Sequence record: MH517022.1
Reading direction: 5' to 3' (one strand)
DNA: 64,000 nt
Origin: Acinetobacter phage SH-Ab 15599
Shown here: in pieces, positions 37,055-44,661 of the stretch
How positions within the stretch are numbered: the stretch's first letter is position 1
Layout: every line of letters begins with the position of its first letter
Notes under the pieces: generated by a model
Databases searched by the model: none
What the model saw: only the letters and a program-made list of their open reading frames with translations
Told to the model about the DNA's origin: nothing
Made by a program: the position numbers and the translations under genes

Positions 37055-37482
37055 TCTGAATCTTCTCCAGTAATTTGTTTAAATGTGAATTTCATTTCAA
37101 CGTGATCCGTTTCAGCAGTGTATTCACCTCTCGGTTCATAATCGAACCCGTAAGAAAATTCACGGATTCCTTCAAATCCAAAGTGGAATGATTCATGAGG
37201 GAAGTCGTCTGGATTATCAATTTTGTAAACCAGAGATGTATCCATGAAGACTTCTACATCAGCGATCATCTTCTTGTCCGCAAGAGTTAAACCAATTGCC
37301 AAACGGTCTTCAACATCGAGTTTAACGTCTAAAGACTGACGGAACTCTCCTTCGTTTACATTCAGCAGAATGGTACCAGTCTCGAACCAGTATTGGCAAG
37401 AGAATGTTTTCAATTCCAATACCAATTTCTGGTTATGAGTCATAATATGATTCTGGTTTATTTCAATAAAAATTTGTTCCAT
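37051..37482 (-). CDS. Hypothetical protein, 143 aa
   Basis: ORF in the operon. Confidence 0.45.
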   Translation of the reverse strand: MEQIFIEINQNHIMTHNQKLVLELKTFSCQYWFETGTILLNVNEGEFRQSLDVKLDVEDRLAIGLTLADKKMIADVEVFMDTSLVYKIDNPDDFPHESFHFGFEGIREFSYGFDYEPRGEYTAETDHVEMKFTFKQITGEDSE

Positions 37483-37577
37483 GAGACATCTCTCCCTCGC
37501 TGGGATTATACCAATAACAATGGTTGTTTATACAGGATAGAGTTATTATATTATGAAAAGGGAAATTGAATTATTTT

Positions 37578-37988
37578 TCAATTTCCCTTGTTTTGACTAG
37601 AGAAAGATAGGTTTGAAAGGTCTTGGTTTTTATTCCCTATAACTTCCCCATTCAAGGAAAGACCTCCAGAAGCAACTTTTGCCATGGATTCAAAGACCAC
37701 CATTTGAGCTTTGGTTAGCATGGCACTTTGTTCAGAGATATTTCCTTCACAATCCAACTTAATGCCACAAACAACCTTATCCTTTTGTTTTACCAAGAAG
37801 AAATTTGTTTTCATTATGGTTGTATATGTAAATTTCTTATAATGGAATTCCAAAGTACCTGTATCCATATACTCTAGGATTAAATCAGTTGGTACAACTT
37901 CTCCGTCAATAACCATTTGGAGATTTTGGTTGAGAGTTATAACTCTATTTTCAACTACAATAGCTGGTACGCCATAGAAATTAAGCAC
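37578..37988 (-). CDS. Hypothetical protein, 136 aa
   Basis: ORF in the operon. Confidence 0.4.
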   Translation of the reverse strand: MLNFYGVPAIVVENRVITLNQNLQMVIDGEVVPTDLILEYMDTGTLEFHYKKFTYTTIMKTNFFLVKQKDKVVCGIKLDCEGNISEQSAMLTKAQMVVFESMAKVASGGLSLNGEVIGNKNQDLSNLSFSSQNKGN

Positions 37989-38424
37989 TTTGTGCCTCCT
38001 TATATTCTAAAAATTCTTTGAGACGTTTATTACTGTATATGTTGAAATCAATCTCTGAGAAATCAACAGTACACAATAATTCAATGTCTTTAGCTTTTAC
38101 ATTTGAAAGAACGACCTGTACTTGAAAGTCGTCATCGGATTTGATAGACGAGTATTCAGGATCATCCATTGTTTGGTAATCAGAGATATCAACCAACAAG
38201 ATTGCTATCTCATCATATTTGAATATTTCAGGGTATGTGTCAGATATCAATAGTTGAACCCAGTCGTCTGAAACGTAATGACCTAGTGGATCATGGTTAT
38301 CGGATGTATTTGGAACGGCGTGGAGGATAAGTCCAAACTGTAATATACTGTCCAAATTTTCTAACGGGGTTATATGATACCAACTCACATTTATTCTCCC
38401 TTGAAGTATTTCAACATCAAACAA
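37981..38424 (-). CDS. Hypothetical protein, 147 aa
   Basis: ORF in the operon. Confidence 0.4.
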   Translation of the reverse strand: MFDVEILQGRINVSWYHITPLENLDSILQFGLILHAVPNTSDNHDPLGHYVSDDWVQLLISDTYPEIFKYDEIAILLVDISDYQTMDDPEYSSIKSDDDFQVQVVLSNVKAKDIELLCTVDFSEIDFNIYSNKRLKEFLEYKEAQSA

Positions 38425-39185
38425 TATTTGTAAATGTCTGTATAACGATATGGACCATTTACTTCTAATTTGTCAGATAACAAATTAGTCTTCTCCCTCT
38501 TTTGAACAGTTTCGTTTACAAACTTCATGATTGGTTCTATTGTATCTTGACCGTTCAAATCTGTTTCGTCAAGACCCAAGAGCTTATCAATTTTATGATA
38601 ACCAATTTCTGTTGGTTCTTTCTTAGACCCCTTTACAAAGAACAAAATTATGTTGATAACTGTACAAAAGAATACAAGAAACCAAAAGCCATGAACCCAA
38701 GTAGGTTCTTCCGCTGTATTACGCAACATAATAAGAATTGGCCAGACGATAGCCGTGTACCACATCCAGATGTAATTGCGAGAGACGTATTTTTGAGCAT
38801 ATTCAGAATATTCAACCCAGATGTTTGGATCGTTGAATCTCACTTTCAGTTCATCTGTATTTGGATTGGAGTTGACTAGACCTAGGATGAATACAATCAT
38901 TTCTGTCGGATCAGTGGCGTCTTCCAAACTAACAATAGACTTGGAACCCAAGAAATCGTCTATTTCTTGACGCTTTTTCAGAGCTTGTATAACAGAATCT
39001 GGGGCGCAGACAAGACCGTTCAGGAGTATAGTCTTCTCCACTAGCTCTCCTAGAAGCTTAGACATATTACCGTGGTTCATTTCAACGCAACGGCGAAATG
39101 AAGCTGCCGCGCGATTTTGTAAAGCTTTCATATCCGTATTAGTTATGAATATGTTTGGTAAACCAAAAGTTTTATTGTTACTCAT
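38391..39185 (-). CDS. Membrane protein, 264 aa
   Basis: Hydrophobic helices: YIWMWYTAIVWPILIML and FWFLVFFCTVINIILFFV. Confidence 0.45.
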   Translation of the reverse strand: MSNNKTFGLPNIFITNTDMKALQNRAAASFRRCVEMNHGNMSKLLGELVEKTILLNGLVCAPDSVIQALKKRQEIDDFLGSKSIVSLEDATDPTEMIVFILGLVNSNPNTDELKVRFNDPNIWVEYSEYAQKYVSRNYIWMWYTAIVWPILIMLRNTAEEPTWVHGFWFLVFFCTVINIILFFVKGSKKEPTEIGYHKIDKLLGLDETDLNGQDTIEPIMKFVNETVQKREKTNLLSDKLEVNGPYRYTDIYKYCLMLKYFKGE

Positions 39186-39721
39186 GAGCGTCTCACCAAG
39201 AATGCACCTTTGTTACCAACAGTTTCAACGTCATGCGGGTAAATGGTTTTAAACCATTTGTTTTCTGGAATTGGAACGCCGCCTGTAACACAACCTTCAA
39301 CGCGCACATTCTCTACAAATGAACCGTCAGGGAGATATGTAGGTTTATTGGCGAAATAGATTTGTTTACCGTCAGCTTGTACAGCTAGGAATCTGTAACG
39401 CTTACTTGGAGCGTATCTGAACAAGTCTCTATCCCATTCAGGTTCTGGCGGTTGTTCTATTTCAATTTGACAGATATGACTAATAGGAATGATATGATCT
39501 GGAAAATCTTCTTCAGGCTTGTTAGGGGTTGGAGAGTATTTCCAAGCGCCCTTTTCATAAAGCAGATGAAGAACCTGACTACAAGAACCTAGACAGATGT
39601 AATGACCTTCGTCAATTTCATCTTCTGGTGAATATTCTTTGAATAGAAGCATTTTACCCTCGTTAGGAGTTAGCAATTTAATGGAATTATAATGTAATAG
39701 AGGTCTATAGACAAAAATCAA
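39182..39721 (-). CDS. Hypothetical protein, 179 aa
   Basis: ORF with overlapping stop and start. Confidence 0.45.
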   Translation of the reverse strand: MIFVYRPLLHYNSIKLLTPNEGKMLLFKEYSPEDEIDEGHYICLGSCSQVLHLLYEKGAWKYSPTPNKPEEDFPDHIIPISHICQIEIEQPPEPEWDRDLFRYAPSKRYRFLAVQADGKQIYFANKPTYLPDGSFVENVRVEGCVTGGVPIPENKWFKTIYPHDVETVGNKGAFLVRRS

Positions 39722-39732
39722 ATATTGCCCAC

Positions 39733-39761
39733 TTTACTTGTTTGATTTTTACCATTATACT
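39733..39761 (+). promoter_or_regulatory. Early promoter cccacTTTACT-N17-TATACT
   Basis: Leader aactctcaacggagatt sits 10 nt before the ATG at 39811. Confidence 0.5.
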
Positions 39762-39810
39762 ATATCTGTACCAACAACGGTACGTTTGCTAACTCTCAAC
39801 GGAGATTATA

Positions 39811-40182
39811 ATGATTACTTTCAAGTGCGTGCGTCAACCCCAAGTCGTTCTTCATGAACCAGTTGACTCGTTAAATTTATTTGATAAAATTACATTTGAT
39901 TGTTATTTTGTAAATGAATTTCTAAAGAACAATGAATACAATTTAGAAGTATCAATGACTGAGAACCTCAAATATGTATCTTTCTTCGTAAGAAACAAGA
40001 TCAACTTTGATGGTATGTCTATCAAATTAGAAGGAGACAGAGTGATCTGCAAACACGTATATCTGAAAACCAATTACAATTTCTCAAGAGAAGGTTTTTA
40101 TGAATTCATGCAACAAGAAGGTATAAAGAGTGGAGCTGGGTATTTTGAGATTGTCTCTGATCTGATAAGAGCAATCAAATAA
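39811..40182 (+). CDS. Hypothetical protein, 123 aa
   Basis: Plus-strand ORF inside the minus arm, with its own promoter, leader and terminator. Confidence 0.45.
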   Translation: MITFKCVRQPQVVLHEPVDSLNLFDKITFDCYFVNEFLKNNEYNLEVSMTENLKYVSFFVRNKINFDGMSIKLEGDRVICKHVYLKTNYNFSREGFYEFMQQEGIKSGAGYFEIVSDLIRAIK

Positions 40183-40213
40183 AAGAAGCCCCTCAAGTGA
40201 GGGGCTTTTCTTT
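40183..40213. terminator. Bidirectional terminator (gcccctc-aagt-gaggggc), near-identical to the one at 34134
   Basis: Same hairpin with a single loop change. A-tract and T-tract on the two sides. Confidence 0.75.
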
Positions 40214-41249
40214 AGAAGTCTATTCTAAATTTGTTCCGCTGTAATCCACTCTTAATCAGATCACTGTCGACAATACTCAACTGTCTTGCGCCTCTCTCAT
40301 TTGAATACTCAAACGGAGTTCTTGGTAGTTGTCCAACCTTCATTAAAAAGTCCAATACATAAGAATAAGATTCGATATTCAATGTATGAGCCTTTTCATT
40401 AACCAACTTGTGGAATACAGTTGGACACTCTCTCATTACGGCGCATAAAACGGAATGAGACACGACCGTAAGATCATTGCGTTGTCTAGGAGACCAGTTA
40501 ATACTATTCAACCAAGCATTGAAATCTTTGAATAGTTTTGTCTCTTGACGTTTATCTTGAGATTTGAAATCAAATACGTCTTTACGACAGTATGGAGAAT
40601 GGTATAACCATCTGAAGAAATCGGAGTGATTATTGAATGAATTGTCTACATCATAATAAGGTAAATGTTCGAGTTCAAAAATATTCAAGAACTGATACCA
40701 GTTGTTCAGGATGAGAGTTTCATGTTTCTTACCAGCTGTGGTGAATGTATAATATAAGCCGTCTGGTTTCAAAGATAGATTATATTTTTCAACCATACGT
40801 TGAAGAATTTGAGAAGCCATTCCATATGAATAGAAGCAACGAGCAAAGTTAATCTCAGACTCATTGAAGAACTGAGCGTCCACGCTGTACATTCTACCAG
40901 ATTGAGCGTTCATCTTTACTAGCATACACTGCTCATTAATGAATTGAACATATTGATTTTCACGCCCTTGAATTCTGTCATTATCTTTCATGAAGTCTTC
41001 AATTGGACTACGCCATAGAGTCATATCTGGATTATCTGAATGACTATATGCACAGGCCGTTAACAACTTCATTTTATTACGGCCTTTATCTATAATGAAA
41101 CAATCAACGTCGCCGTGGTCTTCCTTCTCTACGAAGTTGCGAGGGAACATGATTTCAGTATAACCAAATAAGTCTTTGAACATACGTTCGACTTTACGAA
41201 GCTCGGCTGTAGAGAGTCTTTCTAGACCAACAAATGCTTTACCGCCCAT
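40212..41249 (-). CDS. Hypothetical protein with a possible nucleotidyltransferase-like acidic motif
   Basis: 345 aa. FPRNFVEKEDHGDVDCFIID could be an NTase DxD-like motif. Speculative. No further motifs recognised. Confidence 0.35.
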   Translation of the reverse strand: MGGKAFVGLERLSTAELRKVERMFKDLFGYTEIMFPRNFVEKEDHGDVDCFIIDKGRNKMKLLTACAYSHSDNPDMTLWRSPIEDFMKDNDRIQGRENQYVQFINEQCMLVKMNAQSGRMYSVDAQFFNESEINFARCFYSYGMASQILQRMVEKYNLSLKPDGLYYTFTTAGKKHETLILNNWYQFLNIFELEHLPYYDVDNSFNNHSDFFRWLYHSPYCRKDVFDFKSQDKRQETKLFKDFNAWLNSINWSPRQRNDLTVVSHSVLCAVMRECPTVFHKLVNEKAHTLNIESYSYVLDFLMKVGQLPRTPFEYSNERGARQLSIVDSDLIKSGLQRNKFRIDF

Positions 41250-41394
41250 TTTGAAAACCTCTTATAACAATTAGCGTTATCATATTGTATTGTCTAAACC
41301 ATATCAAATAATCAATGAATTGTTTTAGCCAATCCAACCCTCAGAATGAGTGATTTTAACAATTAAAATTTTATAGTATTTTTTAATTTGATTA

Positions 41395-41423
41395 TTTACT
41401 TTTCATGAATCATCCATTATAAT
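41395..41423 (+). promoter_or_regulatory. Early promoter TTTACT-N17-TATAAT upstream of the HU-like gene
   Basis: Perfect -10. Leader ends acttttggagaaatgac before the ATG. Confidence 0.55.
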
Positions 41424-41490
41424 GGATTTCCATAACAAGGGAATAATTCTCTGTTTACTTTAAATGTCAAACAACTTTTGGAGAAATGAC

Positions 41491-41766
41491 ATGAACCGTA
41501 CTGACTTAATCGCTGCTGTAGCAAAAGAAACTGGTAACACTCAAGCTGTTGTTGAAGCTGTAATTAAAGCATCTGAAGGTAAAATTGCTGAAGCCCTAAT
41601 TGCTGGCGAAAACGTACAACTTGTTGGCTTTGGTACTTTTAAATCAACGCCTAAAGAAGCAACAACTGCTCGTAACCCTAAAACTGGCGAAGAAGTGGCA
41701 GTTGCAGCTACAAACCGCGTTACATTCAGCGTTTCAGATGCTCTGAAAGAACGTTTGAAAAAATAA
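41491..41766 (+). CDS. HU or IHF-family (DNABII) DNA-binding protein
   Basis: MNRTDLIAAVAKETG...GENVQLVGFGTFKSTPKEATTARNPKTGEEVAVAATNRVTF is the canonical HU signature (GFGTF, R.ARNP.TGE). Confidence 0.8.
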   Translation: MNRTDLIAAVAKETGNTQAVVEAVIKASEGKIAEALIAGENVQLVGFGTFKSTPKEATTARNPKTGEEVAVAATNRVTFSVSDALKERLKK

Positions 41767-41776
41767 TTTGATGCTG

Positions 41777-41816
41777 GGCATTAAAAAAGAGGCTGTTAAG
41801 CCTCTTTTTTAATGCC
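41777..41816. terminator. Very strong bidirectional terminator (18-bp perfect stem ggcattaaaaaagaggct / agcctcttttttaatgcc)
   Basis: Perfect inverted repeat with a 4-nt loop. A-tracts and T-tracts are built into the stem. Sits between the convergent HU gene and the 41862 gene. Confidence 0.8.
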
Positions 41817-41861
41817 TAGAATAAACAGACAAAATAAAAGGAGCCAAAAGGCTCCTTAGTT

Positions 41862-42119
41862 TTAAACAATATGCGGAGGTTCGACTAATGGTTCAGGGTC
41901 GCCCGTTTTACGCTTCGCTAATGTAGTCTGAAGCTCGATGATACGAGTGTTGAGTCTATCATTCTCATCCCGCTCATCCTCCAGTTCAGCTTCTAGAGCA
42001 ATAATATGTAATTGAGATTTTTTAAGCTCGCGTTTCAGGAACTTATTTTCTGACACTAGATGTTCTCCGTAAGCGAGTATGAAGAACGCAATAATGAAAC
42101 CTAAGATATAGACCATCAT
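41862..42119 (-). CDS. Small membrane coiled-coil protein (possible i-spanin or FtsB-like)
   Basis: N-terminal TM segment MMVYILGFIIAFFILA, then a coiled coil, then a Pro-rich tail. Confidence 0.4.
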   Translation of the reverse strand: MMVYILGFIIAFFILAYGEHLVSENKFLKRELKKSQLHIIALEAELEDERDENDRLNTRIIELQTTLAKRKTGDPEPLVEPPHIV

Positions 42120-42445
42120 GTGTTTAATCCTATAACAATAGCGACCAGCACCATAATATGAAGTATTTGATCAGTTTTGAAACTAATCCGTTTGTTGTTC
42201 TTACTGTAATCAATAATGAAGTGCGATACATACATTAACAGAGCAGCAGCTATATTACCCGTAACAACCCAGACCAACAGAGCGTGGATAGCGCAGTGAG
42301 CTGATAGTACGATGTACCATTGAGCAAATTTTTCTTTACTCTTATTGATTGCAATGTAATCATTCTGTAGTGCAAAGTCCCCTAGACAATGAAGACAGTA
42401 CAAAATAAATAACATCCCGAGTGGGTTAAGACTGTAAAAGTCCAT
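42116..42445 (-). CDS. Membrane protein (DUF3307-like)
   Basis: HCLGDFALQ motif, three or four hydrophobic helices. Confidence 0.4.
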   Translation of the reverse strand: MDFYSLNPLGMLFILYCLHCLGDFALQNDYIAINKSKEKFAQWYIVLSAHCAIHALLVWVVTGNIAAALLMYVSHFIIDYSKNNKRISFKTDQILHIMVLVAIVIGLNT

Positions 42446-42454
42446 TTAATTTCC

Positions 42455-42480
42455 CCTTAAAAAGCCCCTCTCGGGGCTTC
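42455..42480 (-). terminator. Terminator hairpin agcccctc-tc-ggggct with a T-tract on the minus strand
   Basis: GC-rich hairpin downstream of the 42490 gene, in minus orientation. Confidence 0.55.
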
Positions 42481-42489
42481 CAATTATTG

Positions 42490-42996
42490 TTAAACAACGT
42501 GTTGATAAACGCCCGTCAAACGCTCCCGCGCTTCTTTGGCAGCTGTGATTTGAGATGTAGCTAATACAACAACCGCGTCTCGTTCAGGGTTGTTAGATTC
42601 TCTGATACGTAACCGCACCTCATCAGTTGGGGTTACAAATACATAAAGGTCCGCGCCTTCAAACCAACCCAAATAGAAATGAGAGTCTTTAATATCATCG
42701 TTTTTAAACATATGTTGTTTAGGAATTACACCAAGAGTCATTTTCAGATTATCTTCATCGACCAATTCCACTTTAGCGCTCTTAATTTCTAGACCGCCGT
42801 ACAATTCAAGAGATTCATACCCTTGAATTTGTTTATTGATATGTTCTTGAAGTTGAGCTACATCGTCTGGATGGAACTTCTCTCCAGCTTCTGTATATTT
42901 GTGTTTCACGTCTGCCAAGAGACGCGTTGCTTGTTCACAAAATACCAAAGTGGTCTCTTGGTTCTTGATTGTTTGTTCTTGTAGATCAGTGGACAT
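42490..42996 (-). CDS. Hypothetical protein, 168 aa
   Basis: ORF in the operon. Confidence 0.45.
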   Translation of the reverse strand: MSTDLQEQTIKNQETTLVFCEQATRLLADVKHKYTEAGEKFHPDDVAQLQEHINKQIQGYESLELYGGLEIKSAKVELVDEDNLKMTLGVIPKQHMFKNDDIKDSHFYLGWFEGADLYVFVTPTDEVRLRIRESNNPERDAVVVLATSQITAAKEARERLTGVYQHVV

Positions 42997-42998
42997 GT

Positions 42999-43958
42999 TT
43001 ACTCCGATTTGTTAACTGTATCCCAACGATACGTTGATAGTGTACAAATATCGCTTCCATTCATAAGGCTGAGTGAAATGATACCATTAGATAAATTGAA
43101 TTTACCAAAACAATAATATTGAGGACCAAATTCTATGTCTGTTAAATCAACATGAACAAAACGGCGATACGGGTTCTCCGGCAGACCACTCAGAATGAAT
43201 TCATCATTCTTTTTCTTAGCCAAAAGACCAGATAGAAACACCAGATTGTTATTATCATTGATAATAGGCATATTGAATGTTGATTTCAATAAAGTGTCCA
43301 GCAATGATGATCTGAAATCAATTCCTTCAATCTGGAATGTTACGTTGCTTCTAGGTCTACTTTCTTTCAATGTAGCAATAAGCTGGCGTATGGAGTTCAA
43401 CACTTCAATGAATATAATGTTATGGGACATATCTGTCGCATTTTTCAATGTAAGTTTATCAGTATTGAAATGGTCACCAATGAAGTGTAATTTGATATCA
43501 GAATCATCTTCATGATTTTGAGATTGTTTATGATTAATTGACCAGATACAACGGTTTATAGAACGTTCCAAAGCTTCTTTCAAGTTGTTTTTAGCAGGAT
43601 CATATGAGATGTTGAAATCTCGAATGATGAAATGCTCAACCTTGTCTTTGAGAGATGGCGTACCAACTACATTGTAAGCTTGTAGATCAATTTTGGGAAA
43701 GTTTTCAACCAATGATGAGACCAACTTGCGTTCAGCCTTATCGGTGGGTCTACGTGTAACAACAGAAGGCGCTTTCTGAGCTACTTTATCCAGAGTATTA
43801 GTTGTATTGCTACTCGACAAAGCGATCTCGTCAGCCCATAGTCTTACTGTAGAAAGCGGCATATCGTATTGTTTTGCTACCGTTCTAGCGTGTAAACCTT
43901 TCTTCAATGCAGCCTTCACTGCATCCTTAAACTCTTCTGTATAGCGTCGTTTTGACAT
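42999..43958 (-). CDS. Protein with an IS3-transposase-like N-terminal HTH fused to a 270-aa unknown domain
   Basis: MSKRRYTEEFKDAVKAALKKGLHARTVAKQYDMPLSTVRLWADE strongly resembles the HTH_Tnp_1 OrfA N-terminus. The rest is unrecognised and has no DDE motif. Confidence 0.5.
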   Translation of the reverse strand: MSKRRYTEEFKDAVKAALKKGLHARTVAKQYDMPLSTVRLWADEIALSSSNTTNTLDKVAQKAPSVVTRRPTDKAERKLVSSLVENFPKIDLQAYNVVGTPSLKDKVEHFIIRDFNISYDPAKNNLKEALERSINRCIWSINHKQSQNHEDDSDIKLHFIGDHFNTDKLTLKNATDMSHNIIFIEVLNSIRQLIATLKESRPRSNVTFQIEGIDFRSSLLDTLLKSTFNMPIINDNNNLVFLSGLLAKKKNDEFILSGLPENPYRRFVHVDLTDIEFGPQYYCFGKFNLSNGIISLSLMNGSDICTLSTYRWDTVNKSE

Positions 43959-44075
43959 GATACGTTTACCTGATAGTATGTATAACAGATATTATAATGT
44001 AAAATATATTGTTTTCATAAAATCAAGAAAGGAGACATCTCTGTCTCCTTTCAAGGTTTGTTGGATCATCTTCGA

Positions 44076-44651
44076 TCAGGTATTCAACAATTGATTGGAA
44101 AGTTCGCTTCTCTCGTGAATCAGCTTATTCCAAGCAAATCCCATTGCAACTGCCGCCACAATAGAACCGCCAATGATAGCTAGTGGGGATAGTTCATAAC
44201 CCAAAACAGCTAGTCCGAATACCAATGTAAGTGCAAGTCCAACAGTTATAAAAAATGCCCAACGCATAATATCAATTTTAACTTCATTTTGTTTCAATTG
44301 AATTAATGTGCCGAGCATTTCTTGAGAGATAACATAAGAACGGAAGTCGCGGATGTCATAAAATTGACGTTTGATCCAAGATACAAATACATTAATGAGA
44401 AGTCTATTTTGGTCTCGCCCAAACCGTAATACTCCTTCATTTAATGCATTGATCACCGCTTTGCTATCAATATCGTCAAAAAAGTTGAAGACAGCTGTGG
44501 CAATTTCCTCAGCTGTCGAAATACTGTTTTTGAACGACGTCTGTAAATCTAAACACATAGAATACAAGTTGATAGCAACTTCGTCTTCTGTTTGGTCAAT
44601 AGGTTTGACCCACTCATATTGTTTAGAGATTTCAGGTATCGTCAGCATCAT
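44076..44651 (-). CDS. Hypothetical protein with a C-terminal double TM anchor
   Basis: C-terminus FFITVGLALTLVFGLAVLGY...IIGGSIVAAVAMGFAW. Confidence 0.45.
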   Translation of the reverse strand: MMLTIPEISKQYEWVKPIDQTEDEVAINLYSMCLDLQTSFKNSISTAEEIATAVFNFFDDIDSKAVINALNEGVLRFGRDQNRLLINVFVSWIKRQFYDIRDFRSYVISQEMLGTLIQLKQNEVKIDIMRWAFFITVGLALTLVFGLAVLGYELSPLAIIGGSIVAAVAMGFAWNKLIHERSELSNQLLNT

Positions 44652-44661
44652 AGTCTAACTC

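Noticed and set aside
40212-41249. RNA ligase (Rnl1 or Rnl2-like) assignment because of KEDHG resembling the KxDG adenylation motif
   Set aside because: The downstream ligase motifs are absent (EGYV, and a second Lys-rich motif V).
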